NCBI GenBank assembly: GCA_964390635.1
Contig: CAYMIG010000006.1
Span: 108,995-172,994 of the forward strand
From: an uncultured Vampirovibrionales bacterium
Lineage (GTDB): Bacteria; Cyanobacteriota; Vampirovibrionia; Vampirovibrionales; Vampirovibrionaceae
DNA: 64,000 nucleotides
Direction of reading: 5' to 3'
In this document: one piece after another, positions 1 through 7,130 of the stretch
Position numbering within the stretch: the stretch's first letter is position 1
Layout of the letters: every line of letters starts with the position of its first letter
Position numbers and translations under genes: made by a program
Notes under the pieces: generated by a model
The model's input: the letters and a program-made list of their open reading frames with translations, nothing else
The model's database searches: none
What the model was told of the DNA's origin: nothing

Positions 1-23
1 CTTATATGAAACCCACTTGAATT

Positions 24-52
24 GCCAGGCCTCAAAACCTGGCCTTTTTTTT
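24..52 (+). terminator. Rho-independent terminator-like hairpin (gccagg-N8-cctggc followed by T8), probably ending a plus-strand gene upstream of the window
   Basis: Inverted repeat gccagg/cctggc at 24-43 followed by tttttttt at 45-52. Confidence 0.45.
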
Positions 53-147
53 GGCGCGCATCGGCACGCCGGGCTTTGATTCACTGGCCGGCGACGAAAA
101 TGCCCCGACCGCCTGGCCGGGGCACTGGGGGCGATACCGGGGAAGGC

Positions 148-510
148 TCAGAACAGGGCCGCGTATTGCTTGGCGGAGAAGCCGGCCAGCACCTTGCCAT
201 CGGCGGTCACAATGACCGGGCGCTTGATGAAGGTGTATTCCTCCTGCATGTAGCGGTACATGTCTTCTTCCGAGAGTGTTTTTTCGTGCAGGCCCCAGGC
301 CCGGTATTTCATGGCCCGTTTGGAGAACAGGTTCTCCACCCCGCCCAGGCCCTGGGCCAGTTCTTCCAGTTCCGAGCGGGAGACCTTTTCTTCTTTCACG
401 TTAATTTCTTTTTTGATTGTGGCGCCGTGCTCCAGCAGGTATTGCTGGGCTTTCAGGCAAGTGCTGCAATAGGGCAGCCAGTACATGCGTTCTACGACAA
501 GCTTTGGCAT
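148..510 (-). CDS. ArsC/Spx-family protein (arsenate reductase-like thioredoxin fold)
   Basis: ORF 148..552. Internal ATG at 510 is preceded by aaagga RBS and gives MPKLVVERMYWLPYCSTCLKAQQYL, an ArsC/YffB-like N-terminus with a Cys pair. ORF 22..573(+) overlaps it in antisense. Confidence 0.65.
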   Translation of the reverse strand: MPKLVVERMYWLPYCSTCLKAQQYLLEHGATIKKEINVKEEKVSRSELEELAQGLGGVENLFSKRAMKYRAWGLHEKTLSEEDMYRYMQEEYTFIKRPVIVTADGKVLAGFSAKQYAALF

Positions 511-735
511 GGGGATCCTTTCTGTGTCATGGGTAAAAGCATTATATGCCAAGGGTTTTCGGCATGTTTGTAAAACTATTGCCGTAACAACAACAAGTCA
601 TGGTTGTGCCCTGGCATGGGTTTGCGTATGATAATCCTCCCAACGGCGAGTCCGACGCAGGAAAGTGGAAAGGGGTTAGCGGGCATGCGGCTGCAGATGC
701 AGGCTGCGCGGCTTTTCCTCTCATGCGTTCACCGT

Positions 736-741
736 TACAAT
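736..741 (+). promoter_or_regulatory. Candidate -10 element (tacaat) upstream of dnaB
   Basis: The same tacaat motif recurs upstream of the gene at 3175 (3152-3157) and of the first LysM paralog (3966-3974); AT-rich patch in GC-rich DNA. Confidence 0.25.
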
Positions 742-818
742 AGATTCAAGCAGAAACGATGCTCCCGGTACGAAAGAAGATAGAGAAAACCCACAAAGCA
801 TAGAGAGTTAGAGTACCC

Positions 819-2222
819 ATGGCCTCCAAGAAAGCCTTCGCCGACAGCGCGGATCTCAGCGACCCGACCCTGGCGCTCCTTGAGCCCCGGATCCCGCCGC
901 AGAGCCTCGAAGCCGAGCAGGCCCTTCTGGGGGCCATTCTGATTGTCCCGGAAGCCATCAACAAGGTGGTGGAGCTGGTGTCGCCCAAGTGCTTCTACCG
1001 GCAAGCCCACCAGCTGATCTTCCAGGCCATGATCGACCTGTTCAACCAGAGCGAGCCCATCGACATCATCACGGTTTCGGAGGCCCTGAGCGACAAGGGC
1101 GAGCTGGAGGCCGCCGGCGGGCGGGACTACGTCAACGCGCTGGCCCTTAGCTCCAGCACCGCCGAAAACATCGTTTATTACGCCAAGCAGCTGAAAAACA
1201 AGGCCCTGCTGCGGGAGCTGATTATGGCCGGCAACGAGATTGCCTGCAGCGGCTACGAAAGCACCGAGGCCGAAGAGGCCATCGATCATGCCCAGCAGAT
1301 GGTCTTTGAGCTGGCCCAGCAGGGCTTGCCCAACGATCTGACCCACATCAAGGATATCCTGCCCGCCACCTTCGATCAGATCGAGGATCGGCACTCCAAT
1401 AAAGGCAGCCTGATGGGGGTGGCCAGCGGCTTCTACGACCTGGACAACTACACATCAGGCTTCCAGAAGTCTGATCTCATCATTCTGGCGGCCCGTCCTT
1501 CCATGGGTAAAACCGCCTTCTCGCTCAACATCGTCTCGCACGTTGCCCTGCGCGAAAACAAGCCGGTGCTGGTGTTCAGCCTGGAGATGAGCAAGGAGCA
1601 GCTGGTGCTGCGGATGCTGTGCGCGGAAGCCGAGATCGACGCCCAGCGCATCCGCACCGGCGAGATTAGCGAAGCCGACTTTGCCAAGATTGCCCAGGGC
1701 ATGAGCAAGCTGGGCGATGCGCCCATCTTCATCGACGACACCCCGGGCATGACCGTGATGGAGATGCGGGCGAAAGCCCGCAAGGTGCAGGCCGATGTGG
1801 GCGGCGAGCTGGGCCTTATCATGATTGACTACCTGCAGTTGATGGAAGGCCCGGGCGGCGGTTCCAGCGACAACCGGGTGCAGGAGGTGTCCCAAATCTC
1901 GCGGGGCCTGAAGGGCCTGGCCCGGGAGCTGCGGGTGCCGGTCATCGCGCTGTCGCAGCTGTCCCGTTCGGTGGAAAGCCGCCAGGATAAAAAGCCCATG
2001 CTGAGCGACCTGCGGGAATCCGGCTCCATCGAGCAAGACGCCGACCTGGTCATGTTCATCTACCGGGACGAGTACTACAACAAGGAGTCCGACCGCCCCG
2101 GCACCGCCGACATCATCATCGCCAAGCAGCGGAATGGCCCTGTGGGCGAGGTGAACCTGCTGTTCCGCCACAACATCACCAAGTTCCTCAACCCCGCCGA
2201 CCGCAAGATCAAGATTTTCTAG
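819..2222 (+). CDS. dnaB: Replicative DNA helicase DnaB
   Basis: 467 aa. N-terminal DnaG-interaction domain (LSDPTLALLEPRIPPQSLEAEQALLGAIL), Walker A ARPSMGKTAF, Walker B LIMIDYLQL, RecA-like C-terminal domain. Confidence 0.95.
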   Translation: MASKKAFADSADLSDPTLALLEPRIPPQSLEAEQALLGAILIVPEAINKVVELVSPKCFYRQAHQLIFQAMIDLFNQSEPIDIITVSEALSDKGELEAAGGRDYVNALALSSSTAENIVYYAKQLKNKALLRELIMAGNEIACSGYESTEAEEAIDHAQQMVFELAQQGLPNDLTHIKDILPATFDQIEDRHSNKGSLMGVASGFYDLDNYTSGFQKSDLIILAARPSMGKTAFSLNIVSHVALRENKPVLVFSLEMSKEQLVLRMLCAEAEIDAQRIRTGEISEADFAKIAQGMSKLGDAPIFIDDTPGMTVMEMRAKARKVQADVGGELGLIMIDYLQLMEGPGGGSSDNRVQEVSQISRGLKGLARELRVPVIALSQLSRSVESRQDKKPMLSDLRESGSIEQDADLVMFIYRDEYYNKESDRPGTADIIIAKQRNGPVGEVNLLFRHNITKFLNPADRKIKIF

Positions 2223-2225
2223 CCC

Positions 2226-2909
2226 TTAGCCGGGTGGCGGCACCGGGGGCGTGGGCAAAAACGGGTTGAAGCCGGCGTTTTGGCCGGCAAGCCCGGGTCG
2301 CCGCGGGTTGAGCGGGTTCGCATTGAGTTGATCGGGACGGACGCCCTGGTGCAGTTGGCCGGGCGAAAGGCCCAGCGCGGCCAGCTGGCGATCGAAACGC
2401 TGCTTGTTCTGCATGGCCACCTGGGCCTGGCCCATCAGGCTGGCGGCCTGGGCGGCCACCGAGAGATCCTGCCCGGAGGCATCCGCCCCGGGGGCCAGCG
2501 CGGCGGCGCGCACCTGCATGTAGTTGCGCAGGCTCTGCGCCGGGTTGGCCGGGTCCAGTTCCGGGATCATGATGGGCACATGCCCGCCCACCGCAATGCC
2601 GTTGGCGTCGTATTCTATGTGGATGCCGCCCCCAAAGGCCCCGGCTGCCGAGGCATGGGCCTGCTCGTGGGCCATAATTTTGGCGAAGCTTTCCGCCTTG
2701 ATGCGATCCAGCTCGGCCCGGGGAATCAGGCCGGTTTGCAGGCCAATGCAGGCCAGGCAGCCTCCCCCGCCCTGCCCCCCGGAAAGCTGAACCATGGGTT
2801 GGGCCCCCTGCAAGGGGTCAACCGCATTGCCCGCGCCGGCGGAACCATACCCTGACGGGTTTGGGCGATTGGTATGCGGCATGGGACCGAGCGGATGTAC
2901 CCCGGACAT
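2226..2909 (-). CDS. Hypothetical protein with HExxH motif (possible minimal Zn-metallopeptidase) and Gly/Gln/Pro-rich low-complexity termini
   Basis: Motif AKIMAHEQAHASAAG. ATG at 2909 preceded by ggagga RBS (the GTG at 2915 directly abuts the RBS). Shares GGQGGGG and GFNPF motifs with the LysM paralogs transcribed divergently. Confidence 0.55.
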   Translation of the reverse strand: MSGVHPLGPMPHTNRPNPSGYGSAGAGNAVDPLQGAQPMVQLSGGQGGGGCLACIGLQTGLIPRAELDRIKAESFAKIMAHEQAHASAAGAFGGGIHIEYDANGIAVGGHVPIMIPELDPANPAQSLRNYMQVRAAALAPGADASGQDLSVAAQAASLMGQAQVAMQNKQRFDRQLAALGLSPGQLHQGVRPDQLNANPLNPRRPGLAGQNAGFNPFLPTPPVPPPG

Positions 2910-3151
2910 CCTCACTCCTCCAGATTCCGAAAAAGGCTATTAAAACGATAATGCGTGATGAGAACCAAGTAAATAAAAACATGGAAAACGCCCGTCTTGA
3001 CTGTATTACGGGCTGAAAATTTTTTGTCAAATTTCGATCGACGAATGATTGCAGATTGTAAATAAGGCATGTGGCCTACTGTTATGCTTTAAAAGAGGTA
3101 ATCTGGAAATAGTTGTTTATATTTCTATTTTTAATCCTGAGAAATCTCAGA

Positions 3152-3157
3152 TACAAT
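3152..3157 (+). promoter_or_regulatory. Candidate -10 element (tacaat) in the 250-bp AT-rich divergent intergenic region 2916-3165
   Basis: tacaat 18 nt upstream of the ATG at 3175; ttgact -35-like further upstream; region is ~30% GC against a ~64% background. Confidence 0.3.
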
Positions 3158-3174
3158 AGTTTCTGTTGATTGGA

Positions 3175-3855
3175 ATGAATGTTGAATTGACCGGGGGATA
3201 CGGGAAGCCGATGGTGGTCCAGTTAGACAGGCCGCAAGTTTTAGCGCCGCAACAATCGCAAAAAACCCTGCCTGCCAGGCTGATCTTTGCCGCGCAGCCC
3301 CAGGCGCCGGTCGATGTGCCGAAGGTTCAGAACGGCCCTAACGCCGACGTCTTCCAGTCCGCGGGAGATTCCTCCGAGGGTCAGTCCAAGGCGGCCCAGG
3401 CTTCCGATCGGCTGGCCGAACTGCTGACCACTTCCGAGGATCGCAAGGCCAATGCCGCGGCCTTCTTCCAGGCGGTCACCGGCAAGCTGCCGTTTCGCGT
3501 CAGTCTGGAGGCGCAGGCCGAAAAGCAGGCCGAGCTCCAGGCCCTGGCCGAGACGGTCAAACAGATGAACCCGCAACAAAAAGTGGCACTGATGCAGAAG
3601 CTGACCGGTACCGAGTCGCCCTACAGCAAGGTGGCCGAGACGGTGCTCATCAACCAGCAACTGCCCAATCTCAAAGACGTGGCGAACCTGTTCAAGCCCC
3701 AGGCCCAGCAAAAGTCGCTGGAGGGCTTGTCCGTCGCCATCCAAGGTGTGGGCCTTGGCCTGCTGTTACTGCCCATCCTGTGTCCGGCCTCCATCCTGTT
3801 CAGGCCGGAACTGCTGGGTCAGTTTGCCGCCGGTCTGGCCGTGATTTTACTCTGA
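3175..3855 (+). CDS. Hypothetical protein, Gln/Ala-rich with hydrophobic C-terminal segment (possible C-terminal membrane anchor)
   Basis: ORF 3166..3855 (TTG). Likely ATG at 3175 (MNVELTGG...). C-terminus LGLLLLPILCPASILF...LAVILL is hydrophobic. No recognised domain. Confidence 0.5.
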   Translation: MNVELTGGYGKPMVVQLDRPQVLAPQQSQKTLPARLIFAAQPQAPVDVPKVQNGPNADVFQSAGDSSEGQSKAAQASDRLAELLTTSEDRKANAAAFFQAVTGKLPFRVSLEAQAEKQAELQALAETVKQMNPQQKVALMQKLTGTESPYSKVAETVLINQQLPNLKDVANLFKPQAQQKSLEGLSVAIQGVGLGLLLLPILCPASILFRPELLGQFAAGLAVILL

Positions 3856-3914
3856 CCATTTGCCTGCCTATATATCCTAACTGCGACTGATAAGGTGATA
3901 ATTGCCTGCCCTAG

Positions 3915-3948
3915 CCCGGAGTCTGCCTGACTTCCGGGTTTTTATTTT
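3915..3948 (+). terminator. Rho-independent terminator after the 3175-3855 gene
   Basis: cccggag-N10-ttccggg hairpin followed by tttttatttt. Confidence 0.6.
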
Positions 3949-3987
3949 CTTCCGCGTCACAATCCCTTTACAATCGATCCCGGTCAG

Positions 3988-4030
3988 GCAATCCCTCACA
4001 ATAAATTGTTTTTATTTTTTTAGAGAGAGG
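3988..4030 (+). promoter_or_regulatory. Conserved AT-rich upstream element of LysM paralog 1 (gcaatccc-N11-tgtttttatttttttagagagagg)
   Basis: Near-identical element upstream of paralog 2 at 5009-5050 (gcaatccc-N10-tgtttttattttattagagagatat); ends 80 nt upstream of the ATG at 4110. Confidence 0.5.
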
Positions 4031-4109
4031 ATTTTAATCTACCCATTTTCTATCGCAGTTTGAATTTTCTTAGGCATCCCATTTTGCATTTGAGAGAGAA
4101 GGCGTTCGC

Positions 4110-4874
4110 ATGTCGTCCAATTCCGTGACAGTCCAATCCGGCGATACCATTTGGGGCCTGGTTGCTGCGCGCAATCCGGGGGCCAGTAACGCCGAGATTC
4201 AGAAAAAGACCCAGGCGGTTTTGGATGCCAATGGCGAAACCTGGGATTCGGCCAGAAGGATTCAGGTGGGTCGCGAGCTTGATTTGTCCGCCGCAGGCGG
4301 CGGCGCCCCGACCGGTGGCAAGACGGCCGCCACGGCCAAGACGGCCATCGTGGAGCCCAAGCCGGAGCCGGAACCCAAGGCGGAACAGCCCAAGGCTGAT
4401 AACCCGGCGCCCACGCCACAAAATACCGCGCCTGCGGCCCAGGGCGGCAACGATTTGCTGGCCCTGCTGGAGCAGTACATCCGCATGCAGCTGCAAACCG
4501 GCACCCTCGATCCGACCCTGCTGCTGTTGCTGGGCCTGGGAGGCCAAGGCGGTGGTGGATTTGGCGGCCTGTTTTCGGGCTTGTTTGGTCAAGGTGGCGG
4601 CCTGTTTGGCCAGGGTGGCGGTCTGTTTGGCCAGGGTGGCGGCACCAATCCGTTTGGCGGCGGCCTGGACGCCTACCTGCAAAGCATTGGTATCCTGGGT
4701 GGTGGCCTGAGCCCCACCACCAGCAAGGCCATCGGCCTGGCGGGAATCGACCCCCTGAATGCCCGCAGCCTGGCCGCGCAAACGGCCTCGTTCACCTTCG
4801 GTCTGGCCGGCGGAGACGTGTTACCTTTCGCCAACCCCAGCGTCATTCTGGGCAACCTGGGCATAACCGCTTAA
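4110..4874 (+). CDS. LysM-domain protein with Pro-rich linker, GLFG/FG glycine-rich repeats and a conserved C-terminal domain (paralog 1 of 3); no signal peptide
   Basis: N-terminal LysM-like segment VTVQSGDTIWGLVA...IQVGRELDL. Linker PKPEPEPK. Conserved helix APAAQGGNDLLALLEQYIRMQLQTGTLDP. Repeats GGLFSGLFGQGGGLFGQGGGLFGQGGG. C-terminal block ...AIGLAGIDPLNARSLAAQTASFTFGLAGGDVLPFANPSVILGNLGITA is ~90% identical to paralog 2. Confidence 0.85.
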   Translation: MSSNSVTVQSGDTIWGLVAARNPGASNAEIQKKTQAVLDANGETWDSARRIQVGRELDLSAAGGGAPTGGKTAATAKTAIVEPKPEPEPKAEQPKADNPAPTPQNTAPAAQGGNDLLALLEQYIRMQLQTGTLDPTLLLLLGLGGQGGGGFGGLFSGLFGQGGGLFGQGGGLFGQGGGTNPFGGGLDAYLQSIGILGGGLSPTTSKAIGLAGIDPLNARSLAAQTASFTFGLAGGDVLPFANPSVILGNLGITA

Positions 4875-5008
4875 TTGCTGACTTGGAGAGAACCCCGGTA
4901 GTGCAGGCCGGTTAAATAGGTCACTGACCGCATTCCGGTTTTTCCGCACCTTGGCGGATCCCTGAAAAGGCTGGCTAGCAACAATTTGTAATACTTGCAG
5001 AGGAAAAG

Positions 5009-5050
5009 GCAATCCCGTCTTACTGACTGTTTTTATTTTATTAGAGAGAT
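5009..5050 (+). promoter_or_regulatory. Conserved AT-rich upstream element of LysM paralog 2
   Basis: Matches 3988-4030. Ends 44 nt upstream of the ATG at 5094, so spacing to the start codon differs between paralogs. Confidence 0.5.
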
Positions 5051-5093
5051 ATATTCATTCTTCCCTATTCACTAGCAAGTAAGAGCGAGAGAG

Positions 5094-5921
5094 ATGTCTG
5101 CACCATCCCCAGGAACGTATACCGTTCAACCCGGCGATAGCTATTACCGGATTGCGCAACAATTGAACGCCAAGCCGGCGGATGTTGTGAAGGTAGTCGA
5201 GCAGCTGCAAGAGCAAAACGGCGGCAAGGGCCTGCATCCTGGCGATACCCTGACCATTACGCAGGATATGATTAACCTGCCCCCGGGCGCTGCGCCGATT
5301 ACCCCACCTTCCCAAGGGCTTCCCGGCGGAACGGCGGGGGGTACCGTGGGAGCCCCTGCGCCCGCACCAGCTCCGGCACCGGCCCCCGCGCCTGCACCTG
5401 CACCGGCTCCAGCGCCCGCACCGGCGGCGCCTACCCCGCAAAACACCGCGCCTGCGGCCCAGGGCGGCAACGATTTGCTTACCCTGCTGGAGCAGTACAT
5501 CCGCATGCAACTGCAAACCGGCACCCTCGATCCGTCTCTCTTGTATTTCCTGGGCCTGGGTGGCCAAGGGGGCGGCGGATTCGGCGGCCTGTTTGCCGGC
5601 CTGTTTGGCCAGGGCGGCGGTTTGTTCGGCCAGGGTGGTGGATTCGGCTTTAACCCCTTTGGCGGCGGCCTGTTTGGCCAAGGTGGCGGCACCAATCCGT
5701 TTGGCGGCGGCCTGGACGCCTATCTGCAAAGTATCGGCGTGTTGGGCGGCGGCTTGAATCCCACCACCACGCGTGCCATCGGCCTGGCGGGCATCGATCC
5801 GCTGAATGCCCGCAGCCTGGCCGCGCAAACGGCCTCGTTCACCTTCGGTCTGTCCGGCGGGGACGTGCTGCCCTTTGCCAACCCCAGCGTCATTCTGGGC
5901 AACCTGGGCATTACGGCCTAG
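5094..5921 (+). CDS. LysM-domain protein with (AP)11 dipeptide repeat, GLFG/FG repeats and conserved C-terminal domain (paralog 2 of 3); no signal peptide
   Basis: LysM-like YTVQPGDSYYRIAQQL...GLHPGDTLTI, then APAPAPAPAPAPAPAPAPAPAP. Conserved helix APAAQGGNDLLTLLEQYIRMQLQTGTLDP. FG repeats and the same C-terminal domain as paralog 1. Confidence 0.85.
   Translation: MSAPSPGTYTVQPGDSYYRIAQQLNAKPADVVKVVEQLQEQNGGKGLHPGDTLTITQDMINLPPGAAPITPPSQGLPGGTAGGTVGAPAPAPAPAPAPAPAPAPAPAPAPAAPTPQNTAPAAQGGNDLLTLLEQYIRMQLQTGTLDPSLLYFLGLGGQGGGGFGGLFAGLFGQGGGLFGQGGGFGFNPFGGGLFGQGGGTNPFGGGLDAYLQSIGVLGGGLNPTTTRAIGLAGIDPLNARSLAAQTASFTFGLSGGDVLPFANPSVILGNLGITA
5352..5430 (+). repeat. Coding microsatellite: about 13 consecutive GCN-CCN (Ala-Pro) codon pairs inside LysM paralog 2
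   Basis: gcccctgcgcccgcaccagctccggcaccggcc... direct dinucleotide-codon repeat; creates the poly-Pro shadow ORF 5144..5695(-). Confidence 0.8.
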
Positions 5922-6005
5922 GACTGCCTGCTTACTCCCATCCCTTCCCGGTAAAGCGTATTCCAATGCAGTGACTGGAAACCATGCATCCAGGAGTGAG
6001 TCACC

Positions 6006-6542
6006 ATGCCAACCATCATTCCGATTCAAAAGGGTGAAACCATCGAGTCGATGGTGCGCAAGGCGCGCCCCGACGCCTCTCCGGCTGAGTTCCAGCGCCT
6101 GGTGGCCCAGGTGCTGAGGGACAACAACCTGGAGGACAATGGTCCCGGCAGCAGCGCCTGGCGCATTCCCATCGGCAAACCCATTGATATGACCGCGGTT
6201 TATGGCGAACCCACCGCCACGCCGGTCAACCAGGCGCCCGCCGCGCAGGGTGGCGGGGATACCCTGGCCCTGTTGGAACAGTACCTGCGCTACCAGATTT
6301 TGTTACAGCAGCAGCAGTTGGCTTTTCAGCAAAATCCTTTTGGCCTCAACCTGGGGGGCTCTGGCTTTAATTCGCCCGGATTTTTCAATCCCTTCTTGGG
6401 CCAGGGCGGCTTTAATCCCAACGATCCCTTCGGTATTCTGGATGCCCGCCTGGGAACCCATGATATGACCGTGCGCGCAGCCATCCTGGCGGGTATCGAT
6501 CCGCTGGGGGCCCGTCAACTGGCGGCGGGGCTGTTGTTCTAG
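6006..6542 (+). CDS. LysM-like / FG-repeat protein, shorter third paralog lacking most of the C-terminal domain
   Basis: Degenerate LysM IPIQKGETIESMV...WRIPIGKPIDM. Conserved helix APAAQGGGDTLALLEQYLRYQ. FNPF/GG repeats. Ends with AILAGIDPLGARQLAAGLLF, matching AIGLAGIDPLNARSLAAQ of paralogs 1 and 2. No own AT-rich element, probably co-transcribed with paralog 2. Confidence 0.75.
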   Translation: MPTIIPIQKGETIESMVRKARPDASPAEFQRLVAQVLRDNNLEDNGPGSSAWRIPIGKPIDMTAVYGEPTATPVNQAPAAQGGGDTLALLEQYLRYQILLQQQQLAFQQNPFGLNLGGSGFNSPGFFNPFLGQGGFNPNDPFGILDARLGTHDMTVRAAILAGIDPLGARQLAAGLLF

Positions 6543-6940
6543 GCGCCGGTCAGAACGGTTTCGGCTTCGGGAGCGGCCTCTTCAACCGGTTTTTCGGCTT
6601 TGGCCGGTTTTTCAGCCGGCTTCTTGGCAGCCTTGGGCTGGTTCCCGGTGCTGCCCTGCGGGCTTAGCTGGTAAAACTCAATGGAAATGGGTTTGCGGGA
6701 AACCGGTTCCACTTGCAGTTGCTGGGTACGAACCACCCGCTCGGGGCCCAGACCGGTGAGGGTGAATTCCTTGTGGCCTTGCAGGCTCAGCTGGGTGAAT
6801 TCGTGGGCGCGAACCTGGATGGACTGGGACTCAACGCCTTTACCGTAAAGGGTTGCCGGGATGTAGCCCGCCGCACGCAGCTGGCGAGGGGTCAAAGTGG
6901 TATCCCGTTCCGTGGCTTTCAATTCCTGAGGGGTAGACAT
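6539..6940 (-). CDS. rplY: 50S ribosomal protein L25 / general stress protein Ctc with Lys/Ala-rich C-terminal tail
   Basis: MSTPQELKATERDTTLTPRQLRAAGYIPATLYGKG... L25 N-terminal fold. ATG at 6940 (ORF track extends to 7015). Confidence 0.8.
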   Translation of the reverse strand: MSTPQELKATERDTTLTPRQLRAAGYIPATLYGKGVESQSIQVRAHEFTQLSLQGHKEFTLTGLGPERVVRTQQLQVEPVSRKPISIEFYQLSPQGSTGNQPKAAKKPAEKPAKAEKPVEEAAPEAETVLTGA

Positions 6941-7130
6941 GGTGGGGTAAACTCCGTTTCGCGTTGTCAAAAGGCCTGGACAGACCCGTAAAAACATTAC
7001 TACAAAATAGTGCAATCAGAGTCGCGGCGTCAAGCCGGGGCTGATCTTCAAAAAACCGCCGGGCGTCCCGCGATTGCCCCGGCCCGTCCCGGTGGCACCC
7101 GCATCGGCCAGCGTCCTGGAAAACCGGCAC

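Noticed and set aside
22-573. 183-aa plus-strand ORF at the window start
   Set aside because: Lies fully antisense to the well-supported ArsC-family gene and has low-complexity Gly/Ala/Arg-rich translation typical of GC-rich antisense frames.
1455-2171. 238-aa minus-strand ORF inside dnaB
   Set aside because: Antisense shadow of dnaB; no domain signal and Arg/Ala/Gly-biased composition.
4060-4100. Sigma-54-like GGCAT-N-TTGCA motif upstream of LysM paralog 1
   Set aside because: The spacing between the GG and GC dinucleotides is one nucleotide longer than the strict -24/-12 spacing, and the element is absent upstream of paralog 2.
4050-5695. Minus-strand ORFs 4050..4781, 5055..6029 and 5144..5695 (poly-Pro/Trp translation)
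   Set aside because: Antisense to the LysM/GLFG genes. The PPPWPNRPP repeats merely mirror the Gly-rich FG repeats and the (AP)n tract on the other strand.
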